Part shown: piece by piece, positions 1-14,300 of the stretch
How positions within the stretch are numbered: position 1 is the stretch's first letter
Layout of the letters: every line of letters begins with the position of its first letter
Source of the DNA: Salpingoeca rosetta
Lineage: Eukaryota; Protista; Choanoflagellata
Reading direction: 5' to 3'
NCBI GenBank assembly: GCA_033442325.1
Contig: JAWQFM010000002.1
Location: 2,101,044 to 2,165,043 of the forward strand
Length of the DNA: 64,000 nt
Translations under genes and position numbers: made by a program
The notes under the pieces: model-generated
The model's database searches: none
Told to the model about the DNA's origin: nothing
What the model saw: only the letters and a program-made list of their open reading frames with translations

Positions 1-161
1 TGATGTGCATGGTTTGTCGTTGGCGTTGCCGTCGTGCTTGTCTTCAACAAAGTAAATGGCCTTTCTTGATCGGAACGAATTATCATGTGCCCTTTATCTT
101 GTATTGGCGCAGCTGGCAACCAAGGACGTGGAGCTTGCCGCACACTCACACACACACTCAC

Positions 162-3111
<2,950 letters not shown>

Positions 3112-3572
3112 TCAAGTGGCATCGTGCATGCATGCATAATGCCTCACATCCTCGCCCGTGTGCACAGCCGCTTGGCGAGTGTTCCTAGTTTGCCCACTCA
3201 AATTCGTGCATCGCATCACGCCAGCCTACCCTGCCTCCATCGGTCGTATTGTATTGTTTGTTGATTTCGTCGGTGGCACGCCAAACACCACTCATCAGCA
3301 GCCGCGCCTGTCATTGTAATAGACACGCTCACACGCACACCCGCACGCGCCATATTCGTCCGTCCCGCTTGCGACACATATTGTATGCATGCGCGTCACA
3401 ACTACACCGTGGGTGGACGCATTCATTGTTGCTACCCCAAAACAACAGCACCCTTTGCTTGCCGAGGCGCCGAGGATATTTTGACGCCGTCCCCGCTTTC
3501 GGCACACGCCGACACGAGGCACCACTACAGGTCATTACCAAAACCCACCTTGCAGCCTTCAGCACCCACACT

Positions 3573-6076
3573 ATGATGGCAAGACGACTGAGGTAGGTGA
3601 GCGCATCACCAAACAGGGATGCGACGGAACACCTTGTCTTGGCCTGCCTTTCTGACTGACGACAGCGCACGTTGCCGCACAGCTGCACGTCACCTACACA
3701 CACGTACACGTGCACACACACGTACACACGTGCACACACGCACACGCGCAGCTCGGGTCACGTAACTCTCTCGCTGCGTTTGTGTGTTTGTATGGATGTG
3801 CATGAATGAAAACGTATGTATGTGTGCATAGTGGCTTGTTCCGAACAGGGTCGCTCCGCAAAGGGAGCGGCGATTCCTCCAAGCCACAGCAACCCTCGTC
3901 CTCACGCCGAAGCCTTAGCCGTTTCGTCAGGAGATCAACGAAGGTGTGGTGGCACTTCAGCTGCTCAGCTGGCAGGCGCTCGTTTACGTGTGCGCGTTTG
4001 TGGGCAACGTGTCAGCAGGATACATTGTGTTTGGCTCCATTGGTTGCCGATGACAAGACGAGATGGCCTGACTACATGATGAGCGCGCATGCCCTTGCTC
4101 ACCTCGCCACGTTGCTCTGCGTTGGTGGACATGCATTTAACAACAGAGGCAAATTCAGGATGTGTGGGTCTCGAGGCTGCCCGATGGATCTCTCGGTTTT
4201 GAACTTGTTGGCTGTATTGACTTTCGAAAAGACCCGCCAGGTTCGTGCGTACCACCCAGATGGTTTAACAGCAGAACAGCACCGCATGCTACATGCACAG
4301 CACCTTTACAAGCCAGTGCCCTTACGCATTCACACTTGTCCGTGCTCGCTAACGGCAATAGCCACTCTTGGGTGTTTTGGTTTGATTGGGGTTTGGCAGG
4401 TGTATTTGTATCACATCTGTCCGATGATTGCCCACTGAGCGAGGGTGCCCGCATCCTTGAAATCAACGACATTGACGTGCAGAGCGCAACTGTAGCGGTA
4501 CGTCCACGATTGGTTTGGGTGGGGGTGGTGGTGATGGTGATGGTGGTGGTGGTGGTGGATGGCATATTGCACATATGTGGGTCTGACAGTGAGCCGCCTT
4601 GAGCCACTGCAGCTGTTGTGGCTGACAATGTTCTCTGCATATGTTGTCTGTGTGCATTGGGGTTTATGCTTCTTTCAGGCTGTGAAGAAGCATTTGAGCG
4701 GGAGCGATCAAGCGGTCAAAATCAAAGTTGATACCAAGCCCGAGCGTACGTCCACTTGTGCGTGCAGATGTGCGTGTGTGTGCGTATGCATGTGGTGTGG
4801 TGTGTTGATATGTGCGCAAGTGTGTGCATGCGAAATGTTGGCCTGCGCGAAGAGAAAGATGTGTGCATACCCAAGGATGGGTGTGAGCACTTTCGGCAAC
4901 CATGCTAACATTACTTTCGCGTTCTGAATGTTATTCCTCCCCCCCCCGCCTTTGTTTCAAGGTGGTGATGAGCATGGGCGGAGAGGAGTGGTGTCTTCGG
5001 GAGGGACAGACAATGGCTACGGTTCACACAGCGATGGTCAGGGGTACACCACGTCCGGGGAAAGTGACACATCGCACTTGGTACGTCACTCGGGAAGGGG
5101 TGACACGTGGGCTGTGCGTGCTTTCAACCTTTGCATGCTCGTGTTGATTGACATGAATGGCATGTATGCATGAATGGATTAACAAGCATGCTCCCTGTCT
5201 CGACAACGGTTGTACGATTTGTTTGCTGGGCCGTGCTTGGCTGTTACAGACGCAGTCTCCGCTGTTGATTCGCGCACGCCACAGCCAGAATTGGGAACAG
5301 GTGCGCGCGTGCATTGATCCGGGTACTGCCCTTGTCATGCTATTTTGTTGGTGACCCGCTTGAATTGAGCAATCGCCAGTGGTTGTGTGGTTGTGTGGTT
5401 GTGCAATCGTATGTTCTCCCTCACGGGTATGCGACTTGCGTGCTTTGCCCTTGTCAACTGGGGGATCGGCTGCGGGGGGGGGGACCAACACAGATCCACA
5501 GTCGAAGCAGTGAGTTGTGCTCGCTGTTGACCTGAGGATGACGCGCAGGACGGGGCGTGTGTGCGTGTGTGCGTGTGTGTGTTGGTGTGTGTGTGTGTTG
5601 GTGTGCATGTGTGTGCGTGTCTTTCCGTGTATCTGTGGTCGTATCTCTGTCTGCATTGTTTTCTGCGCGTGTGCTGAAGCGGTGGACCGACGCGCTGAAG
5701 GGCACTTCAAAACATGGTCACGCTTGTCGTTGTCTGATATTCTGGTCTTCACTCCGCTTGCCGTACGCTTCCCTCAGGTTTCGCTGAAACAGATCCGAAG
5801 ATTCTGGCGTGCGAGTTGCCACTACCAACGATGACGCGGGAGGAGGCAGAGGCCGCCCTTGAAGGCAAGGAGGCTGGCACGTACATCATTCGCGCCAACA
5901 GCGGCCTGCGCCTGTCTATCATGACGCTGGATGGCCCGAGGCACCTCGTCATCTACACACCGTTTGAAGACGAGTTTTACCTCTTTCCAGATCAGCGCTT
6001 TTCCACCCTCTTTGACCTCGTGTCCCACTACAGGTGTGGGTTGCTGCTGCTGCTACTTGTCGTTGGTTGTTGTCTC

Positions 6077-6110
<34 letters not shown>

Positions 6111-6118
6111 GCTGTTGC

Positions 6119-6214
<96 letters not shown>

Positions 6215-6446
6215 CGTCGTCTAAGCTGTTAGGCTCCTCCTCCTCCTCCTCCCTCCTCCTCCTCCCTCCTCCTCCTCCTCCTCTTCTTCCTCCTCCTCCT
6301 CCTCTTCCTCCCGTTCCCTCCCCTGCTCTGCCGGCCACAACATGGCACTCACTCTGCACCACACAATGCCGTGCTTTCCTTGGCGCTGCAGCATAACCGC
6401 CATCGCCAACGCATTCTTGATGGAACCCCTTCTGTTCCGGTCATAG
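3573..6446 (+). CDS. PDZ-SH2 domain adaptor protein (multi-exon)
   Basis: Spliced model begins MMARRLSGLFRTGSL. PDZ: VWVSRLPDGSLGFELVG...GVFVSHL...LSEGARILEINDIDVQSATVAAVKKHLSGSDQAVKIKV (exons ~4147-4240, 4400-4497, 4679-4746). SH2: MTREEAEAALEGKEAGTYIIRANSGLRLSIMTLDGPRHLVI...QRFSTLFDLVSHYSITAIANAFLMEPL (exons ~5779-6033, 6392-6446). Confidence 0.8.
6077..6312. repeat. (GTT)n followed by (CCT)n trinucleotide microsatellites in the SH2 intron
   Basis: Directly visible. Confidence 0.95.
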
Positions 6447-7606
6447 TCGGCGCCCGTGATGCCGCGACCTCCACACATGGACACGGTCTCCACTGTGGAC
6501 GCTTGCCCCGTGGCAGCAGCAGATCAGCGATCTTTGACAAGGACCACGCGAGACCTTCAACTCCAGCCGTGCTCGTGTGTTGTCTGCTGTGTACATCTTT
6601 TTTCGCTGTTCGTCCGTCTCTGTCTTTCATGCCTCAATCACGTTTGCTTCTGATGTGCTTGGTTTCACTCTTCTTACCTACCTTGACCCCACTGTTGACC
6701 TCATTACCTTAGACCTGCCTTGCTTTGACGCGCCGCACCCTTTGTGCACTGTCCCTCTTTTCACTCGCTTCGCATTTTCAGATTCAACCTGCTTTGCTGT
6801 CTTGCTTGCCCAGTCTGCTCGGTCCGTCTGCATTTATTCCTCTCTTCTTGTACTGTTCCTGCGAGAGGCAAGCACACATGATTAAAGCTCGTAAAGCCGA
6901 AGGTGCTCGCGAGTGGCGCTTGAGTGTCTGATGAGATGCAATGGGAAAGAGAACGCTGGTTGGAGGGGGAGGGGGCTTTGTGTTGGCGAACCTGGCGAAC
7001 GCATTGTTCAGCCAGTGGAGCAAACACGTTGCTTGTTGTTGGAACAGACCTACAGACAGCGGCACGTGGCGAATGGGCGTCGTGTCACAACAGCAGTGAA
7101 CGAAAGCACGCAGTAAAGAAACGTTTGCTTTTGTTTGACTTGTCATCGCGGGGCTGTACTGTGCAGGAAGCAGGAAGGAGGTGGATCAAGGAAGAGACGT
7201 TGCAAAAAGCATTGCTGGATTGATGTGACATGAGGAGATGAGGAGTAAGTACGTCCATCCTAACATCTCCACAATCATAATTCCTTGTTGCAGTTCTCGG
7301 CAACAGTTATGGCTCCAAACAAACAGACCCCACTAAGATAGGAAGAAGGAAGCCATGGCGGCTGGGCGGGTTGAAGGGTGTAGATGTAGCTCGAGGTCTT
7401 AGCAATAGCAAGGGCTCAAAGGAGGAGGCTAGGAGAGAGTTGCAACCCAGCCCCCAGAAGAAGGAATAAAAAAAAAAGAAGAAGAAAAAAGAAAAAAAGA
7501 AAAAGAAAACCGCATATCCACGCCATATCCACAACCACACAACACACAACACACACAACACACAACCCAACGGCCACAACATCAACACACCAGTAGGAAC
7601 ACGAGT

Positions 7607-9445
7607 ATGGGCGAGTTGGACGACGTGGAGCTGGTTGCTGCGTCTGCGGTGGCTGGCGCCGTGTGCTTCCCTGTGACCCTGGCCGTGCTGCAGAAGGCCG
7701 TGTTTGTACCCTTGCGAATACGCGCGCACCATCGCGTCGTTGGTACGGTTGCGGGACTTGCGTCCGTGTCCGTGGCCGGCCTGGTGTCCACAATGGCCTG
7801 CAGCACCACTGCACGGCACCTGCCGCGCCTGCGCCGCCAGCTGCTTGACCCACAGCCAGAGAAGATGGCAGATCGCGCCCTCGCTTGGGCAGAAGCCACG
7901 GCACGAGACGTGGCATCCGCATGCGAAGGCCTGCCAAACACCCTGCCGGCGGCCATCGACAGCTACCAGCAGGAGCTGACGGCCATCGCCGACGACCCCA
8001 TGTGCTTCCTGGAGGAGGTGGTGCATTCCCGCACGTTCAAGCACACCACCATCGTCTCTGCAGCCACTCTAGCCACCTTTTTCCTGCTGGGGGGCAGCGC
8101 CCGTCGAGTGCTCCCAAGCAGCCTGTGGCACAGGGGCGCTTTCGCCAAGGAAGGCCTGCCGGCCAGAAGCGCCAACTACGCAACCGCCACCGAGCGCGTG
8201 CTGCTCACCAACATCGGTCGCCTCCACGGCTGTCACACCTGCGGCACGCGCCGCACAGCCACCTTTGTCGGGGACCACATGCCGCCCAACAAGTTCGCCA
8301 ACGGCAGGCCCCAGCGATTCCTGCCACAGTGCACCCGTTGCTCCAGCATGCAGGGCGGCAGCGTGTCCAGCATGAGGAACCGCGCCATCACACACGGCAC
8401 GTCGCTCCGCCTGTATCACCTCTGGCTCCCACTGCCATGGGTGCTGTCCTCCATCCTGCTTGGTCCGGGATTTCCGCCACAAAGCGAACGCAAGTCGTTT
8501 GTCGATGAGCTGTGGGACTACTTCTCATCCTCCTCGTCCTCATCCTCCTCATCCTCCTCATCCTCCTCGTCCTTTATCGCGAGCGGCGGTGGCGCACGTG
8601 GCACTTCGGGCAGCAACGGCGACGCCGTGCCCACGTGGACAGAGATGGCAGACACCCTGCAAAGCACGCTGGCTGCGCTTGCATCCACCACTGCGTCGAT
8701 GAGCGTTGCTGCCGCGGATTCGCTGCTTGGGCGAGCCACAGACGTGCACAACGCGGTGCTGGCCATCTTGCAGGAGGCGTTCGACTCGGCTGTCACCGCG
8801 ATTGCCACCGCCGTCGGCACAGATAGCGCTTCGCGCGGCGGCGGTGGACACGGTGGCACTGCAAATGACAGCGGGGCTGGTGGCGGTGGTGTGGTGCAGA
8901 CGATTGTGGCCACTGTTGCCGCCGCTACCACCAGGCAAGACAGCGCACATGACAGCACACGCGCACAAGCGCAGGCAAATGCGTCAGAGTCACAAGCTGC
9001 TCCACATGGCAGCGATGGCGGCAATCGGAGCAGCAACAACAGCAGCAACGGCAGCAACAACAGCAGTAACGGCAGCAGCAACAACGGCAGCAGCAAGACC
9101 AACACCAACACCACTACAAGCAGCAACAGCAGCAGCACCCGTCGCACGCAAACAGATACAGATTTGCGAGCGGTGTTGTTTCCGCAGGAGGAGGTTGTAC
9201 TGTCCATGCAGCACACGCTTCTGCCACGCCAGACGCCTGGGCGGCCCGGTGCCACGCGCGAAGCGCTGGAGCGCACGCATGCGCAGCTCGCACGCGCGCT
9301 TTGCTTGCAAGCAGCAGCCGCTGGCACCGCCGGTGCGGACGCAAGCGTGCAGCGGCATCGGGAGCTGATTGAGGATGATCTTGCCATGCTTGACGTCGAG
9401 ATGCGGCTGCTCTACGACGAGGCGCCAGGGGAGCAGGAAAGGTAG
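7607..9445 (+). CDS. Intronless 612-aa predicted membrane protein with a Zn-binding HNH/His-Me-finger-like motif and a low-complexity C-terminal half
   Basis: Long ORF with coding-like codon usage and 3-4 hydrophobic segments. Motif GCHTCG-x8-GDHMPP-x13-PQCTRCSSMQGG at ~8228-8359. Confidence 0.8.
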   Translation: MGELDDVELVAASAVAGAVCFPVTLAVLQKAVFVPLRIRAHHRVVGTVAGLASVSVAGLVSTMACSTTARHLPRLRRQLLDPQPEKMADRALAWAEATARDVASACEGLPNTLPAAIDSYQQELTAIADDPMCFLEEVVHSRTFKHTTIVSAATLATFFLLGGSARRVLPSSLWHRGAFAKEGLPARSANYATATERVLLTNIGRLHGCHTCGTRRTATFVGDHMPPNKFANGRPQRFLPQCTRCSSMQGGSVSSMRNRAITHGTSLRLYHLWLPLPWVLSSILLGPGFPPQSERKSFVDELWDYFSSSSSSSSSSSSSSSSFIASGGGARGTSGSNGDAVPTWTEMADTLQSTLAALASTTASMSVAAADSLLGRATDVHNAVLAILQEAFDSAVTAIATAVGTDSASRGGGGHGGTANDSGAGGGGVVQTIVATVAAATTRQDSAHDSTRAQAQANASESQAAPHGSDGGNRSSNNSSNGSNNSSNGSSNNGSSKTNTNTTTSSNSSSTRRTQTDTDLRAVLFPQEEVVLSMQHTLLPRQTPGRPGATREALERTHAQLARALCLQAAAAGTAGADASVQRHRELIEDDLAMLDVEMRLLYDEAPGEQER

Positions 9446-9767
9446 GTAACACATGCGACAGCGCGCATGTATGTGCGTGCGTGCGTGTGCGCGTGCGTTG
9501 GTGTGTTTTGGGCGTGAGTGTGCCTGTGTCTGTATATCTGCGTGCAAATTGACCTAGTTCCTGTCTATTCACTCGATACATGATGCCATAACTGCACACC
9601 AGCGAGTGTACAACGAGAATGAAGGCGGAGGTGTACACAACTGAGGGAGAGGCAAGCACGGCAGGCAGGCCAGCTGTCTGGCATAGAGATGGCGAGGTGG
9701 TGGGGGTAGAGCGATGGCGAGATAGTGATGCAGAGGTGCAGAGACAGCGACGCATACATTGGCACAC

Positions 9768-9885
<118 letters not shown>

Positions 9886-9945
9886 GCACGCACAAAACAC
9901 ATCCTCACACACACGCGCGCGCGCGCGCACGCACGTACACATGCT

Positions 9946-11088
9946 TCACGCCTTGAGGGCGCCAAGGCAGATGTTGCCTTGTGTGTCTGCAAAGACGATG
10001 GATGTCGCACTGATGGCGCGCAAGTCATTGATCTTGTACTTGCATCGTGTGCTGTGTACCAATCGACTGCCGCTGTCACTGCTGTCAACATCAGTACCGG
10101 CATCTGGCGCCCCCTCGTCCTGTGTCCGTGCATCGGCCGCCATCTTTGTGCTCGATGTTGCGGGGCCATTACCACCGCTTGACGCAGGGCGCGGCAGGCC
10201 TGGCCTGCTGATGTCCCAGACGCAGACACGCCTGTCGTTTCCACACGACACGAGGCGGGCGTTGTTGTCGTCGTGGTCCTGCAGGAAGGCGACGCGCGAG
10301 GCGTCATACGTGTGCTTGCCCGTGAGCACGAGCGACGGCTGTAGCCGCTGCCGCGTTTCCGCCTGCTGGTTAATGTCGAGCACGTGCACATCTCCCGAGC
10401 CGAGAGCAATGGCCAGGCGGTTGCCGGGGCCATTGATGGCCATGTGGTGGACGAGCGGCGGGTTGAACATGCGGCCGTCCTCCTCGGTGTCTGTCTTGAA
10501 GTGCCGCCGCTCCAGCACGCGGCCTTTGCTGAACAGCCAGCGCAGCAGCATGCAGTCCATCCCTGCTGTCAGCACCTCCCACCGCTGGTTTGGCAGGAAG
10601 GCAGCCGTGGTTGTGATGAGCGTGTGCGCGCGCTGGCTTGGCGCCAGTCGCTTGAACACCTTGCCCTGTCGTGCATCGAGGATACTGACGGAACCGTCGT
10701 CGTCGGTCGCCGCCACAAAGTGCTTGCTGGGGTGCGGCCAGAGCCCGTTCACCTCCTCGCCGCCGCTGCAGTCGATGTCGTGGGCCGGCCGGTCTGGCCT
10801 TCTCCTGTCATACACGCACACGTGCCCGTCCTCCCGTGCCACGAGCATGTTGTTCTTGTCGTCGCCCTGGTAGCATGCGGCCGTGAACCCAGCGCCGCCT
10901 GCGCCTGCAGCCGCGGTGATCATGGTGCGCTGTTCGCGCGTGCGTGTGTCGAGCAGCAGCACACGTTGTTCAGAGCACACGAGCGCCTCGTCGGACGCCT
11001 GCCGCTGCTGTTGCTCCCATGTCGTTGCCACTGACACCACTTCCCCACACTCATCCCCTCGCAGCTTCACCACACCACTCACCTCCAT
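9946..11088 (-). CDS. WDR53: WD40-repeat protein, WDR53-like (single exon, 380 aa)
   Basis: WD repeats (DGHVCVYD, DDGSVSILD, LVSCGNDRRVCVWD). The segment AHTLITTTAAFLPNQRWEVLTAGMDCMLLRW...MFNPPLVHHMA resembles WDR53. Confidence 0.75.
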   Translation of the reverse strand: MEVSGVVKLRGDECGEVVSVATTWEQQQRQASDEALVCSEQRVLLLDTRTREQRTMITAAAGAGGAGFTAACYQGDDKNNMLVAREDGHVCVYDRRRPDRPAHDIDCSGGEEVNGLWPHPSKHFVAATDDDGSVSILDARQGKVFKRLAPSQRAHTLITTTAAFLPNQRWEVLTAGMDCMLLRWLFSKGRVLERRHFKTDTEEDGRMFNPPLVHHMAINGPGNRLAIALGSGDVHVLDINQQAETRQRLQPSLVLTGKHTYDASRVAFLQDHDDNNARLVSCGNDRRVCVWDISRPGLPRPASSGGNGPATSSTKMAADARTQDEGAPDAGTDVDSSDSGSRLVHSTRCKYKINDLRAISATSIVFADTQGNICLGALKA

Positions 11089-11245
11089 GACTTCCCCCTG
11101 CAAGTCGCAAGTTGCGAGTTGCGTGTGTGGCTTGCTTGCTTGCTTTCTTTTTGCGTTGCGCGATTTTGCGCTGCTGGTGGTGGTCTGCTGAGCTGGCGCT
11201 TTCCCCACAAGACAAGCCACACAGACAGACAGACACACAGGCACA

Positions 11246-11279
<34 letters not shown>

Positions 11280-11342
11280 CACAGGTGCAACACCGTCGCC
11301 TGTTGTGCCTTGCCCCTTGCCGCGTCCCTCCTTCTCCACAGG

Positions 11343-14300
11343 ATGTCTGGGTACCGTGAGTTTGGGCAGCACGTCCTGCCAGACGGGCGTGTGTATTCGG
11401 GTGAATGCATTGATGGCAAGCCCACGGGCATCGGCGTGCTGCGACGCGAGCAGAAGCTGGATGCCACCGTGCCCCACTGTCCTGAGACGGTTGATGAGGC
11501 TGCCTGCATCGACGCCACCACCATGCCCTACGGCGAGTACCGCGGGCAGGTCGTGGACGGCGAGGCGCACGGCTGGGGCGTCTTCATCTTCCCCGACGGC
11601 TCCTGCCAGCGGCTCCTCTCGGGTTACTTTCGGCAGGGGCACCACTGCATGCAGCGGAGCTTCACCCGAGGGCCTCGCAGCACGGACAGCATCCAGGATC
11701 GGCAGCACGACGACGACGCGTGTGCCATGGATGTAAGCAAGCACGGCGGTGATGGCGATGATGGTGGCGGCCATGGCGAACACGATGAGGAGCCAGACGA
11801 GATTGTGTGGGACTTCCAGCGCGCCGCCATCGCCCACATGTTTGAGATGCAGCGGCTTCGCAGCATGCCGCGCCTCGAGACACAGCCTGCCGATCTCTCC
11901 GAGCGCGAGCTGGCGGGCCTCTTCGCCGTGGACTCGAGCGAGCTCGTGGAGAACCTCTCCTATATTGCGCAGTGCCTCGACATCGCCCGCGTCCCGATTC
12001 AGTCGCTGTCGGCAGCGCTGGATGCCAGCCGCCAGGCCGGCGTCGTCAACACCACGCTCAACCTCACCCACGGCACGCTGCTGCACCCAGAGTTCAACTA
12101 CGCCTACACGGTGCTGATGCGGGAGACGCTCTCTGTCACTGGCACCGAGGAGCGCACCGACCGCCACTTTGTGCTCTTCAACTCGCCATCGCTCAGCCAG
12201 GCCCGCACGGAGGAAGACCTTCGCTTCCTCGTCGACGACATCACGAGCGAGCTCTCCCCGCAGCACGTCGCCTCGTTGCTCATGACGGGCTCCGAGGTGT
12301 GGATTGCAGGCCACTCCGTTGGCGGCACCATCGCATACGTCTTTGCCATGGAGGTTGTCTGGCGGCTGCTCTCGTGCCCGCAGTCTGCCGCGTGCCTTGC
12401 GCGCCTGCACGTGTACACGCTTGGCCAAGCGCTGCTACCTGCGCTGAGCCCAGATCTGGACACCATGGTGCGCACAAACCCGCCGCCGCGCACCATCAAC
12501 ATTGCGCAGCTGACCAGCCCCACCAAGAGCCGTGCAGACACCATCAACAGAACCATCGCCACACAGAATGCAGGCACGACGCGTGGCGCACGCGGTGCGA
12601 GCACACGCACAGACACTCCGTCAGGCAAGCAGACGCCCACACCAGTGCCCAACTCACAGCAGCATGCAAAGGTGGAGAAGGGAGAGGCGGAGAAGGGAGA
12701 AGAGAGTGAGCAGCCACAGCAGCCACAGCAAGAACAACTGGGACACCAGGACGAGGAAAAGCCGCGAAAGGAAGCAAGCGCATCTGAGTCTGCTGATGAG
12801 ACGACAGCTCATGTGGGTGGGCCGCCACATGTTACAGCAACCGCACCCACACACGAGAAGGATGCGGATGCTGGTGATGGCGACAGCGAGGAGGTGAATC
12901 AAGCACCTTCAGCAACAGAAGCAGGACACACAGATGCGCACAGCGCAGATGGCACTGGCACTGTGACCGATTCACAGCAGCAGCAGCAGCAGGGGGAACA
13001 GAACCAAGAACAAGAGGCGGGCCAAGGCGACACACACGATGCAACCAAGAGTGTGGAAGGCGCATGCGAGGATGAAACGACAGACGCAGAGCCCGCCGTC
13101 GGCACTCACAGCGATGGTGATACTGATGACGGTGACGCTGGTGTTAGTGTTGGTGATCGTGGTGATCATGATGGCAGCAGCAAGGATGTGCACAGTGAAG
13201 AGCAGGCAACTTTGAGCGAGAGTGACAAGAACACCAGTGACACGGCAGAGAGCACAGCATCAACAGCAACAGCAGCTGTGGAGCGAAAGCTAACAGGTTC
13301 ATCTGTGCAGATCACCATCTCCCACGATGACACCACCACGTGTTCTGACCCCTTTCAAGATGGCGGCAACGACGACGACGACGACGACGATGGCGATGCT
13401 GACACAACCACCCCAACAACAGCAACAACAGCAACAACAGCAACAGCAGCAACAGCAGCAACAGCTGCAACAGCTACAGCAAGAATACCACACGACATGG
13501 GCTCGCTCCCGCCCGAGGAACTTGACAGTGAATGCGCGAAGACCACAACAGACACACGGGATGGGCAGAGCAATGAAACTGACAGCGGGCAGTTGACAGT
13601 GAGCGATACCAATATCACCCACGATGATGAGCGCGGCGACGCGGGTGATGCTGCTGCCCCTGCACATGATGACCACGACGATGATAATGATGCTGGTGAT
13701 GATGTTGGTGATGATGATGATGATGGTGATGATGGTGATGGTGATGATGGTGATGAGGAGGGGGAGGAGGAGGAGGAAGATGAAGACTTGGCGGCATCGC
13801 AGGAGAGCACTACCGCCGAGCCGGCGGCTGTGGCGATGGTCCGAGAGAGCATCAGCACGTTGGAGCATCTCGGTGTTCACGATGCGCGTCGCCTCAGCCG
13901 CAGCCTCACCATGTCCGGCAACCCCCGCTCCCGCCTCTACTCCCAGCAGAACACCAAGCATCACCTACAGCAACACGAGGGCGCACACGACGTGTCCCAC
14001 CGCCACTCCATTGTGGGCGACGCCGTGCTGTCTGCTGCGCTTGCAGCCTCGGCAGCGCGCCGTGCCAGCATCTTTGGCGGTGTTGTTGACCCCCGCACGG
14101 CCAGCGTCCTCTCCCGCGACCCAGCGGAGCCGGGCCCAGAGGGGCTGGTCTCGGAGCGCGAGGAAACAGCCCGCACGCGTCTGCTCACGGCGTGGTGTGC
14201 GCGGCGTGCGTTTCTCATCTTCTCCCGCGGAGACGTGTTTCCGTACGTGTATGGGCTGCAGGCGCAAGCGGACCTGTTTTCCCGCCTGCACGAGGCTGTG

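Noticed and set aside
11079-12428. Long antisense ORFs (e.g. 11079-12428, 8518-9387, 52157-53416, 57052-58791)
   Set aside because: Shadow frames of GC-rich coding sequence on the other strand, with no motifs
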